Shown here piece after piece: positions 17,311-26,036 of a DNA stretch of 64,000 nt. Numbering within the stretch: position 1 is the stretch's first letter; every line of letters begins with the position of its first letter. This DNA comes from an uncultured Planctomycetales bacterium (lineage in GTDB: Bacteria > Omnitrophota > Gorgyraeia > Aquiviventales > Aquiviventaceae): assembly GCA_964373175.1 (NCBI GenBank), contig CAYJTP010000001.1, positions 41,654-105,653 on the forward strand, in the 5' to 3' direction. The position numbers were made by a program, and so were the translations under genes. The notes below the pieces were generated by a model, which was not told the DNA's origin, did no database searches, and saw nothing but the letters and a program-made list of their open reading frames with translations.

Positions 17311-19397
17311 CAGGGAAGCCACTTCGGCGGGTGGTGATGAAACCGCATGAGGGCCTCCAGACTCAGGTCCAGCCAGCGGAACGACCGCAGGGATCTCCGG
17401 ATGAAGTACAGGAACGCCAACCACCGAACCCACTCCGGGTCCACGCCGATAGTCTTCGCGTAGGTTCGGCATGAAGCCGAAACCCTCTTGCGCCAGTCCG
17501 GCTGCTCCAACCGAAGGACGTTTTGCCACACGTTCCCCCCTGTACGGACTTGGACGGCGTTCAGCCACAGATGGAACCAATCCAAGAACGGCAGTTCCCT
17601 CCGGTCGGATTCTTCCCAGTCAACGATCCCGCAGCGCTGCCCATCCCAAAGAAGATTGCAGGGATGGTAATCGCCATGCTGGCACACCGCAAACAATGGG
17701 CTCGTCGGAAGACCTTGGAGCTCCTGATCGAGGTTGGCGAGGACGCGGTAGACGTCCCGGTACGGCCATGTATAACGGGCCGGTTCGAGCCTCTCTTGAA
17801 GCTGAAGAGCTGCTCCCAACAGTTTGGCTCTGACAACGGATGGGCTCAACGGCACACGCGTCGCCGCATGGAACGCCCGGAGCCATTCCTGCGCGGCTTC
17901 CAAGGCACCATCAAGCTCACCACCCTGGAGATGTTCCACCGGAATACCCGCCATCTTTCGGTACACGAACACAGCCGTCTCGCCATGCACGATGGAATCC
18001 ACAGGGACGGGGAGTGGGCGGGAGAGTGGAGGAGGAAGTTCCTGACGCAATTGTTGTACGATCTCAAACTCACGACCTGCTCGGATCCGGTCCTCCGAGA
18101 CCGTCACCCATTTCAGGACGAATGACTGCCCACTCGATGTTGTCTCCCCTAGCCAGCGCATGGCCCCCTCGAGATTCGGAAGTGGGCGGAAGGAAACAGA
18201 CAGATGAGTGGGTTTGGACTGACCGCACCACGCCTCCCAGCGACCGCTCACGACTTCCTTGAGATGCTCCACGTCGTGTCCATGGGGATTCGCGAGCTCC
18301 TGGGGCTTGTGGACTAGCCAACTGGTGTGAGGGATGAGCCAATCCAGTAGTCCCCAGCTGGCCATCTGGATCTTGACCAGGGTCTTGAGGTTCCATGGCT
18401 TTCCCTGGTCCAGCTGACCCAGCCGAGTGGCGAATATCCCACGCTGGTCGGCCGGGATGAGTTCACGGATGTCGTGGTAGGAGGGGCGCGGCCAGAAGAG
18501 CCGGGGCTCTTGGAATCCCGCCTGTGCGAGGAGCCGACGATACCCCCATGTGGAGTGCGTGACGGTCCGATACGGTTTTCCCGTCCGCCACCTGGAATAG
18601 AGTGTCGCCACCCGGTAGGGCAGCACAGAGATATACCGAAGCTTTGTGTGAGGATCCGGTGCCCCTCGAAAGGCGTCAACGCTGAACCGATTCTCGATGC
18701 CTAAATACAGCCAGCCGCCTGGCCGCAAGATCCGTTGTGCTTCGCGCAACATGGCTAGCTGTTTCTCACGCGGATGCCCGTGACTCGCCAGAGGAACCCA
18801 CTCCAACACCCCATTCATGATCACCAGGTCAAAGGAATTCGACGTGAAGGGAAGCAGCCGTTCGTTTCCCCCACACAAGACCTTCACCTGCGCCTCGAGT
18901 CCCTGTTGGCGAATACGCAACGCCGTAAAGAGCGCTCGCTCAAAGGAAAGATCCATGCTCACGACGTGGGCGCCCCTCTGGGCCCACGCGGTCGTCAGCG
19001 TCCCGCAGCCACAGCCCAGATCGAGAACCCTCCATGGCTGCGGCAGCGGAGGCAGGTGGATGGCCCAGGCGATCCGCGTCGGATTCACCAACAGCTTATA
19101 GAGACCGGGACGATTCCACTCTCTGGCCAGCCGTTCTGCCTCTTCCAACCATCGCTCACTCCGGAGCGCCTCGAGCAGCTTCTGGGTCTCTTCCCGACCC
19201 AGCCGTTCCCAAAAGATCGGCGAGCGTGTGAGGATTGGGATGCCCTCCCGCACAGGCCACTCCAACCGGCACCGAGCGCATCGCAGAGCATCTTCCTGCT
19301 GAACCTCCGCTCCACAATTCGGACACGTGAGGTCTTGCTCTCCGCCGCCACGCGTGGCCGATCCTGCAAGAGGCTTGGCGAGCTCGATACCTGCCAC
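17310..19397 (-). CDS. tridomain protein: Trm112-like zinc ribbon + class I SAM methyltransferase + protein-kinase/APH-like kinase domain (WbdD-like O-polysaccharide chain terminator candidate)
   Basis: 695 aa. CPNCG...CARCRLEWPVREGIPIL ribbon; VLDLGCGCGTLT motif I; C-terminal HGDYHPCNLLWD (HGDxxxxN catalytic loop) and DWE (DFG-like) as in eukaryotic-like/aminoglycoside kinases. This is the same domain order as E. coli O9a WbdD. Confidence 0.7.
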   Translation of the reverse strand: MAGIELAKPLAGSATRGGGEQDLTCPNCGAEVQQEDALRCARCRLEWPVREGIPILTRSPIFWERLGREETQKLLEALRSERWLEEAERLAREWNRPGLYKLLVNPTRIAWAIHLPPLPQPWRVLDLGCGCGTLTTAWAQRGAHVVSMDLSFERALFTALRIRQQGLEAQVKVLCGGNERLLPFTSNSFDLVIMNGVLEWVPLASHGHPREKQLAMLREAQRILRPGGWLYLGIENRFSVDAFRGAPDPHTKLRYISVLPYRVATLYSRWRTGKPYRTVTHSTWGYRRLLAQAGFQEPRLFWPRPSYHDIRELIPADQRGIFATRLGQLDQGKPWNLKTLVKIQMASWGLLDWLIPHTSWLVHKPQELANPHGHDVEHLKEVVSGRWEAWCGQSKPTHLSVSFRPLPNLEGAMRWLGETTSSGQSFVLKWVTVSEDRIRAGREFEIVQQLRQELPPPLSRPLPVPVDSIVHGETAVFVYRKMAGIPVEHLQGGELDGALEAAQEWLRAFHAATRVPLSPSVVRAKLLGAALQLQERLEPARYTWPYRDVYRVLANLDQELQGLPTSPLFAVCQHGDYHPCNLLWDGQRCGIVDWEESDRRELPFLDWFHLWLNAVQVRTGGNVWQNVLRLEQPDWRKRVSASCRTYAKTIGVDPEWVRWLAFLYFIRRSLRSFRWLDLSLEALMRFHHHPPKWLP

Positions 19398-19398
19398 C

Positions 19399-20679
19399 TT
19401 AGCTTCCTCCTGCCAGCCGTCTGGCTAACTGCGCGAGGCGCTGATGCGCTAAGCCGTCGCAAGGACCACACACGAACCTGACCAAGCGTCTGCGCTCCTC
19501 TTCCAAATACCGAGGATTCTCTAAGAAGCGATTGATACCGGCAATGAGACTCTCTTCATCCTGGGCGACCCAGGTTGCCCCGGTGTCCCGCACGACCCGA
19601 AAATGGCGCTGCCAGTGATCGTGGTGGATGTTGCGCTCAAACACCTCCGGATGCGCCCCATCGAACGCCACGTTGACCACCGGCGTATCGACCAAGCACG
19701 CTTCCAAGGTGATCGTCGAAGCGATGTTGACCACGACCGCGCTGTGACGAAGGAGATTCGCGATGTGGGTACTTTCCTCAAGCGTGGGATCCCATCCGAG
19801 GACACGGGAAACCCGATGAAACCGGTCAAAACGAAGGTCCGGGATCGATTCGAACTGCTCGTATTGGAAGCTCTGGAGCGGATGGGGCCGACAGAGAAAT
19901 TGGGGATTCCCCACGAATCGTTTCTGACGAACCGCCTGCGCGATCCGCTCAATGAAAAACCCACTGTCGATCTGAGGCATTCCCGTCGCAAGCGTCACCA
20001 CAGGACGGGAAGGATCCAGTTGCAACCTGTGAAGGAACTCCTCCCTTGGGAGGAAGGTGGAGGGAGAAGCATACACATCAAACTGGAGCGCGCCGATCAC
20101 CTCCACCTGTTCGGGGACGTAGTGGTACCGCTGGATGGCTTGCTCCTTCATGATGTCATTCCACACCGCAAGGACATCCGGCCGCTCCAACATCAAGCCT
20201 TTCATCCCGGTGAGGTTGTCCCAACTGTGGACCGCGTAAAGCGTCTGCACCCCGGCTGCCCTCGCTTCCCGAATTAACGGCACGTCGCGTGTCGTCGAGA
20301 ACCCAACGGAAGCCACCACCAACAGGTCTGGCCTGAGCGCGGCGAGGACTTGTCGATAGTGCGCCGGCCGAAACGTGCGGTACGCGGTGTGGTGCATCTG
20401 CATCGCTGCCAGGAAGAGGCCCCGATGAGGCAGGCTCATCTGACAGACCTTCCACAGCGCACGCTCCCAGAGAGCCCGGCCAATCGGCTCGTCGATCAAG
20501 GGAAAGAATGAGACGCGGCCATCCCATCGAAACTCATTCACAAAGTGGGGATCCTCCGCACCGGGACTAAAGATGGCCAGGTGCGTGAGGGGATCAGTCA
20601 ACAGGGCCCTCGGGAATCCGCTGCGTAAGAGAAACCGCGCATAGCGTCCCAACGAGACAGAGAGCGCGATCGTCGACAT
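19399..20679 (-). CDS. surface-carbohydrate/capsule biosynthesis protein, putative GT-B-fold glycosyl- or phospho-transferase
   Basis: About 426 aa, soluble. C-terminal ASTITLEACLVDTPVVNVAFDG resembles GT-B nucleotide-sugar-binding segments of capsule/teichoic-acid-type transferases. The track ORF begins at GTG 20706; ATG at 20679 is preferred. Family assignment is tentative. Confidence 0.5.
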   Translation of the reverse strand: MSTIALSVSLGRYARFLLRSGFPRALLTDPLTHLAIFSPGAEDPHFVNEFRWDGRVSFFPLIDEPIGRALWERALWKVCQMSLPHRGLFLAAMQMHHTAYRTFRPAHYRQVLAALRPDLLVVASVGFSTTRDVPLIREARAAGVQTLYAVHSWDNLTGMKGLMLERPDVLAVWNDIMKEQAIQRYHYVPEQVEVIGALQFDVYASPSTFLPREEFLHRLQLDPSRPVVTLATGMPQIDSGFFIERIAQAVRQKRFVGNPQFLCRPHPLQSFQYEQFESIPDLRFDRFHRVSRVLGWDPTLEESTHIANLLRHSAVVVNIASTITLEACLVDTPVVNVAFDGAHPEVFERNIHHDHWQRHFRVVRDTGATWVAQDEESLIAGINRFLENPRYLEEERRRLVRFVCGPCDGLAHQRLAQLARRLAGGS

Positions 20680-20681
20680 CC

Positions 20682-21611
20682 CTACACACCGTTTGTCCGG
20701 ATCCACCAGTTCTTCATAGTCGCCAGTGGGGTTTTCACGGTATTGATCAGGAACCGCCTCCGAACTTGGCCCCCCGCCTTCTCATACGGCACCTGTTCCA
20801 GGTGAGTGAAGCGCCGCTCAGTCTTTTGGGCTAGAAAGCGCAGTTGCACGACATAGCGCTTCCGAATCTGCCAAAACCGAACGACGCGAAACCCACTCAC
20901 GTGTAACAGCAGCCTCGCTGTGCCCTCCCCATACATGAAGGGATGGTCAATTTGGGCATCGACCTTCAGGAACGAGGAGGCGCGAACGACATCCGGGACG
21001 TCCACATAGAGGAACCCGCCAGGTTTCACGAGCCGGTAGACACTGCGCAGCGTCCCCACAGGCTGAACCACATGATTCAAGGTCCGTGCCAGAATCACCA
21101 GATCAAAGGTTTCGGAGTCGAACTCCGATCCGTCGAACGCCTGTTGGAGCACCGGGATCCCCAACGCCCTCGCCCTTCCACAGGCCACTTCATTCGGTTC
21201 CACCCCAACCACCTGGACCCCGCAGGTCTCCCGCAGGAGCGCGAGAAGCCCACCTTGGTCACACCCGATCTCCAGGACCTTGGAATGGGGGGCAAACTGA
21301 GCGATTTCTTTGAGCCCCTGATCGACGAGCCACTGACCGAACGCTCGCTGCGCGGCTACTCGCTCTTCCCCGTTGTCGATCGTCTCGGTCAACAGTCGGT
21401 AATCATGTTGGTAAAATCGGCTATATCCCTCCGTGGACCACATCGGGTTGAAAAACAGCAACCCACACCGTCTGCAGAGGACAATCTGGATCGGGAAGCC
21501 GTACTTTTCATCGGTCGGCAGCCCTTTCAATCGGTCGGAGCCACAGAGCGTACAGACCCGAGATTGCAGGAAGAGACGGTACCGATCAAAGAGGGTCTGC
21601 GCGAATTCCAT
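20682..21611 (-). CDS. SAM-dependent methyltransferase with N-terminal Cys4 zinc-binding domain (Methyltransf_13-like; sugar C-/O-methyltransferase-like)
   Basis: 309 aa. CTLCGS...CRRCGLLFFNP zinc ribbon; VLEIGCDQGGLL motif I. Confidence 0.75.
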   Translation of the reverse strand: MEFAQTLFDRYRLFLQSRVCTLCGSDRLKGLPTDEKYGFPIQIVLCRRCGLLFFNPMWSTEGYSRFYQHDYRLLTETIDNGEERVAAQRAFGQWLVDQGLKEIAQFAPHSKVLEIGCDQGGLLALLRETCGVQVVGVEPNEVACGRARALGIPVLQQAFDGSEFDSETFDLVILARTLNHVVQPVGTLRSVYRLVKPGGFLYVDVPDVVRASSFLKVDAQIDHPFMYGEGTARLLLHVSGFRVVRFWQIRKRYVVQLRFLAQKTERRFTHLEQVPYEKAGGQVRRRFLINTVKTPLATMKNWWIRTNGV

Positions 21612-21613
21612 GC

Positions 21614-22510
21614 TCAGACGTAGCCCGGACTGACGGGCGACTTGACCCTGCGCAGCTTCGTGAGGATTGGGCGCTCCCGCTCATAGACCACCTTGTTTCC
21701 ATCTCCAAGGATAACAGGAACTGCCCGGACATACTTGACCAAGAGCTCTAACCCATGGGGCTCAAGGCTTGCCGCCTGGTCCGAGCCCCACATGGCTCGA
21801 TTGAGCGTGATGTGACGCTCGACCATGCAGGCTCCCAGGAGGGTCGCAACCACCGAGGGCATGACGCCGGTCTCATGCCCGCTGTATCCGATCGGACACT
21901 GAGGAACGCGCTCCTTCAGTCGGGCGATGAGGCTGAGATTCAACTCGTCATCTTCAGCAGGATACGTGGAGGTACAATGGAGAATCACGAGGTCCTGTCG
22001 GCCCAACACCTCCACGGCGTGCTCAATCTCCTCCATCGTGCTCATGCCGGTGGAAAGAATCACTGGTTTTCCCTTCGAGCGAGTATGGCGCAAGAGGTGG
22101 TCATCGGTGAGGGAGGCAGAAGCAATCTTGTAGCCAGGAGGATTGAATCGATCGATGAAATCAACGGATAGCTCATCCCAACATGAGGCGTACCAGAGGA
22201 TCCCTTGTTGTCTGCACGTCCGAACGATCTCGTCGTACTCCTCCTCGTCCAATTCCAGTCCACGTTTGAGGTCCCCGTTCGTCGGCCCAAACGGGTTCTC
22301 CCGAGGTCGGCTCAATTCCGCCGGGGTGTAGACGACGTCCACGGTTCTCTTTTGGAACTTGACCGCATCTGCCCCCGCGCGGACGGCCACATCGATGAGC
22401 TGTTTCGCTAGCTCGATGTCCCCGTTGTGATTAATCCCAATTTCCGCTGTGATGAAGCAGGGGTGTCCTTCCCCTACCTGACGACCACCGATGGACACCA
22501 CGCCACCCAT
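21614..22510 (-). CDS. N-acetylneuraminate-synthase (NeuB) family aldolase without C-terminal SAF domain
   Basis: 298 aa. CFITAEIGINHNGDIELAKQLID...DAVKFQ...IGYSGHETG are NeuB/PseI/LegI hallmarks. It ends before the SAF (antifreeze-like) domain. Confidence 0.8.
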   Translation of the reverse strand: MGGVVSIGGRQVGEGHPCFITAEIGINHNGDIELAKQLIDVAVRAGADAVKFQKRTVDVVYTPAELSRPRENPFGPTNGDLKRGLELDEEEYDEIVRTCRQQGILWYASCWDELSVDFIDRFNPPGYKIASASLTDDHLLRHTRSKGKPVILSTGMSTMEEIEHAVEVLGRQDLVILHCTSTYPAEDDELNLSLIARLKERVPQCPIGYSGHETGVMPSVVATLLGACMVERHITLNRAMWGSDQAASLEPHGLELLVKYVRAVPVILGDGNKVVYERERPILTKLRRVKSPVSPGYV

Positions 22511-22530
22511 GAACGCGCTTCTCCTTTTTT

Positions 22531-23382
22531 CTACCAGCAGGTTAACCCACCATCCACGATCACATTGGCTCCTGTCATGTAGGATGACGCATCAGAAACG
22601 AGGAACAGGACCGCCCCTTTGTACTCATCCCGATGCGCCATCCTTCCCAGTGGAACTCGATGGGAGTACTGTCGCACGAAACGAGACTCGTGCCCGTCAA
22701 ATACCCCGCCTGGCGAGAGGGCATTCACCCGGATTCCTTGCGTTGCCCAGTAGGTCGCCAGGTAACGGGTAAATTGAATGACACCCGCTTTCGTTGTGGC
22801 ATACGCAATGGGGGTGTTAAACGGCTGCCCCGTAGAGGGGTTTTTGACCCCCCGATAGATGCGGTGGTCAGGCGCCACCACCCCGGCCGTGGAGGCCACG
22901 TTGAGAAGGACCCCGCGGCGCTGCTTCAGCATGATCTTCCCGACCGCCTGGGTGCAAAGAAACAACCCGGTCAAATTGACTTCCAGGGCCTGTCTCCACA
23001 GCGCAGCGGGGTACTCCTCGAACGGAGCAAAGTAGGAGCGCGCCGTCCCCGCCCCTTGCTTCACGGTCATGGCCGCGTTGTTGATCAGGATATCCACCCG
23101 GCCACATATGTTGACCACCTGACGAACCATCTTGGCCACCTGATCCGGCTTGGTGATGTCTGTCCGGACTCCGAAGACCTCGGTGCCAAACTGGCCTTTG
23201 AGCGCGATCGTAGCCTCATGGATCGCCGCAGCGTCCTGATCGACCAACACCGACACTCCGCCGGCTTCGGCGATTGCCTCTGCGTGCTTGCGGCCAAGCA
23301 TCCCTGCCCCACCGGTGATCACCGCGACGCGTCCGGTCAAATCGAACAGCTCATGCACACTTCTCGACTTATCCCGCATCAC
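22531..23382 (-). CDS. SDR-family short-chain dehydrogenase/reductase
   Basis: VAVITGGAGMLG (TGxxxGxG), NNAA, YATTKAG (YxxxK). Confidence 0.85.
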   Translation of the reverse strand: MMRDKSRSVHELFDLTGRVAVITGGAGMLGRKHAEAIAEAGGVSVLVDQDAAAIHEATIALKGQFGTEVFGVRTDITKPDQVAKMVRQVVNICGRVDILINNAAMTVKQGAGTARSYFAPFEEYPAALWRQALEVNLTGLFLCTQAVGKIMLKQRRGVLLNVASTAGVVAPDHRIYRGVKNPSTGQPFNTPIAYATTKAGVIQFTRYLATYWATQGIRVNALSPGGVFDGHESRFVRQYSHRVPLGRMAHRDEYKGAVLFLVSDASSYMTGANVIVDGGLTCW

Positions 23383-24472
23383 AGGTCACTGCTTCACCGG
23401 TCAGCATTGAGCGCTTCACCGCCAGGGCGACCTTCAAACTTTGAAGCCCATCCCAGAGACTGACCTTGGGACTGGCCTGGCCTGTCAGACAGGCCAAGAA
23501 ATGCTTCCATTCAGACAGGAACAGGTGGTTCCGTTCAAGCCCATCGAACCGATACACGTGAGGTGCCTTGGAGCCGGCGTTCCACATCTGAACCGTCTGA
23601 CGGTCATCATCCCAGGCCATCTTTCCCTCGGATCCTACGACGAGACACGATCTCACCGGCGGCTGCTGCAGATAGTCCATATGGACGTGGACAGGAAGCA
23701 GCCGTCCGTCTTCGAGGGGAAAGGACAGCAATGCGGATACCGTATCTTCGGCGTCGACCTCGAGGCGTCCTGACCTGCCTCCGATGGCAAAGACCCGCCG
23801 TGGCGCGCCAAACAACCAGCACGCCATATCAAATTCATGGATCTGAGTTAACACGGCTCCTCCCCCGAGCTCAGCCCTCGCGGCGTAGCTCGTTCGGTAG
23901 TCCTCGTAAGGGTGCCATTGCGGCAGGTACTCCCCGATCTCCAACCGGGCCTCAAGGGGGGCCCCGACCGCCTGCTCTCGAAGCAACCGATGGAGCAGTT
24001 CAAGTCCGGGGTGGAAACGAAACTGGTAGCCCATCAATACCACGAGTTGCTTCTCCTCCACCAGCTGAAGCAGCCGATCCACCCCCTCCAAGGAATGTGA
24101 GAGGGGCTTCTCGATGAGCAGATGACATCCGGCCTGAGCACAGGCAAGAGCCACCGGGATGTGCAGCGCGGTGGGATTGGCGATGACCGCCACTTCCGGT
24201 TTTTGCGCAAGGGCTTCTTCAAGATCTCGGAAGGAGGTCACTCGATAGGCCGCTTCCAGAGAACGGCTTGGATCGATGGCCATCTCCTCGGTCAACACCG
24301 CTTGGGATCCTCGAACTCGATAGGCCAGAATTTCCACATCGGAACCTAAGAGCGCTCGGATGTTTCTAAGATGCCGCTGCCCGACCCCGCCAAGTCCCAC
24401 TATCAGGACTTTTCGGGGAATCACCGCTGGAGACACGCGACGTTCCCTGGTGAGGGTTGTCTGGTTGATCAT
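23369..24472 (-). CDS. Gfo/Idh/MocA-family NAD(P)-dependent oxidoreductase
   Basis: VLIVGLGGVGQRHLRN N-terminal Rossmann fold; EKPLS motif; C-terminal alpha/beta domain. ATGA overlap with the downstream gene. Confidence 0.85.
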   Translation of the reverse strand: MINQTTLTRERRVSPAVIPRKVLIVGLGGVGQRHLRNIRALLGSDVEILAYRVRGSQAVLTEEMAIDPSRSLEAAYRVTSFRDLEEALAQKPEVAVIANPTALHIPVALACAQAGCHLLIEKPLSHSLEGVDRLLQLVEEKQLVVLMGYQFRFHPGLELLHRLLREQAVGAPLEARLEIGEYLPQWHPYEDYRTSYAARAELGGGAVLTQIHEFDMACWLFGAPRRVFAIGGRSGRLEVDAEDTVSALLSFPLEDGRLLPVHVHMDYLQQPPVRSCLVVGSEGKMAWDDDRQTVQMWNAGSKAPHVYRFDGLERNHLFLSEWKHFLACLTGQASPKVSLWDGLQSLKVALAVKRSMLTGEAVTCDAG

Positions 24473-25218
24473 GCGGGATGCCGCTGAACCATCGGCTGCG
24501 GCAGGACCTTGCCCTCGTTACGAGCTTTCATGAGGCGCTCCGCCACGTGAAGCGATTCCTCGTAGTCAATCTCCACACACGGCTCCTGAATCCGAAAGGG
24601 CAGAACCCGGGGGCCTGTCATCGAATTCAATTTCAGAATCGTCTGTGATCGTATGACGTCGACGTATCCGTTCTGCCAGAACATCTCGGGGAGCATCTGA
24701 CGTGGCTGGTTGTAAGGCTCCGGAACCCCGTCGAGCTCAAGCAGGGGCTTCAGATACCTGTCAACGATCCTCCACATCTTGTACGGAGTCTGAACCGGCC
24801 ACGAAACGGATCGAAGAGCGGTCGCCTCCTGATGCGCCTCCAGGGCGTCGATCGCCGCAGCGATCGTCTCGACGTTCCTGACCGGACAGGTGGGGCGAAG
24901 GTGAACCACGAGATCCGGTTCGTATCCCTGCTGCTCTTTGAGCCACCTCATCGCGTGCTGAAACACAGGCAGATCCGGTGTCCGGTCCTGGGCCAGCTCC
25001 GCAGGTCTGAGGAACGGGACCTCCGCTCCTCCCGCTAACGCGACCTGGGCAATTTCCGGATCATCGGTTGAAACCACGGTCCTCGTGATGTACCCGCACG
25101 CCAGGGCGTCTTGGATCGTGTAAACGATCAGAGGTTTTCCATACACAGACCGAAGATTTTTTCGCGGAATTCCCTTCGATCCGCCACGGGCCGGAATGAG
25201 CGCTAGGATCTCAGACAT
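24469..25218 (-). CDS. acylneuraminate cytidylyltransferase family (CMP-nonulosonic acid synthetase, NeuA/PseF-like)
   Basis: Start at ATG MSEILALIPARGGSKGIPRKNL...GKPLIVYTI...VPFLRP. The track ORF starts at an upstream GTG. Confidence 0.8.
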   Translation of the reverse strand: MSEILALIPARGGSKGIPRKNLRSVYGKPLIVYTIQDALACGYITRTVVSTDDPEIAQVALAGGAEVPFLRPAELAQDRTPDLPVFQHAMRWLKEQQGYEPDLVVHLRPTCPVRNVETIAAAIDALEAHQEATALRSVSWPVQTPYKMWRIVDRYLKPLLELDGVPEPYNQPRQMLPEMFWQNGYVDVIRSQTILKLNSMTGPRVLPFRIQEPCVEIDYEESLHVAERLMKARNEGKVLPQPMVQRHPA

Positions 25219-26036
25219 GTCAGGTGTTCTCGGATGAAGGACAGGTGACGCCACGCTGCCCGGATCGGATCGTTTCCCGGAGGGGTCTCCAGGATTAACG
25301 GACCCTGATATCCGACGTCTTGCAATGCCGCGAAGCAGGCTGGAAAATCGACCGCCCCGGATCCCAGCTCCACATTCGGTCCACCCAACGGCCGATCCTT
25401 GATATGGACACCGCCAATGAGGGGGCCCAGGAGTCGGATGTCAGCCGGGATGTCAAATCCTAACGCCGCGGCGTTGCCCACGTCATAGTAGGCCTTCACC
25501 AGTGGATGATCAGCCTGCCGAATCACGTCAAGGATCTGCCACGCCGGCTGATCCATCTCCAGCGCGAACTCCACTTCGGCGGCTTCAGCTTCGGGCAGGG
25601 CTTCTCGCAGGCACGCGAGGAAGGCTGACCTGTCGTCTGCCGTCTGCAGCGCCGCGTCCTCCAGGATCGGAATCCCAATGCGCTTCGCACCGACAGACTG
25701 GGCCGCCTGGATCAGGTCGTGAAGCAGGTGCAGACGCTGGGTGCGTGCGTTGGGCTGCCCACGAAAGAAGGGCTGGGTCTTGAAGACGTCGGCGCAGATC
25801 GAGGAGAGGGGCAGACCATCCCGACGCGCCAATGCCTTCAGCCTGTTTCTCCCCTCGTGAGACAGCAACGGGTTCGATGCGACGTCCTCTGCTGTCACCA
25901 AGAGCTCGAACGCCGTAAACCCAATCTCCGTCGCCCACGCAAACTCCTGTTCCCATGTCTGCACCGGGAAGATCTGAAGCCGACCGTCCATCGATCGCGA
26001 CAGACGTCCCTGGAGGATTCCAATGCGGTTCGTCAT
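25203..26036 (-). CDS. sugar-phosphate isomerase/epimerase (xylose-isomerase-like TIM barrel)
   Basis: 277 aa. TIM-barrel AP-endonuclease-2/xylose-isomerase-like pattern (GFTAFELL..., HIKD..., ILETP). Confidence 0.65.
   Translation of the reverse strand: MTNRIGILQGRLSRSMDGRLQIFPVQTWEQEFAWATEIGFTAFELLVTAEDVASNPLLSHEGRNRLKALARRDGLPLSSICADVFKTQPFFRGQPNARTQRLHLLHDLIQAAQSVGAKRIGIPILEDAALQTADDRSAFLACLREALPEAEAAEVEFALEMDQPAWQILDVIRQADHPLVKAYYDVGNAAALGFDIPADIRLLGPLIGGVHIKDRPLGGPNVELGSGAVDFPACFAALQDVGYQGPLILETPPGNDPIRAAWRHLSFIREHLTCLRS

Noticed and set aside
21614-22510. Interpreting the SAF-less NeuB homolog as a truncated pseudogene
   Set aside because: The ORF ends cleanly and is translationally coupled to its neighbours. 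SAF-less NeuB-family proteins (SpsE-like) are known, so it was kept as an intact gene.
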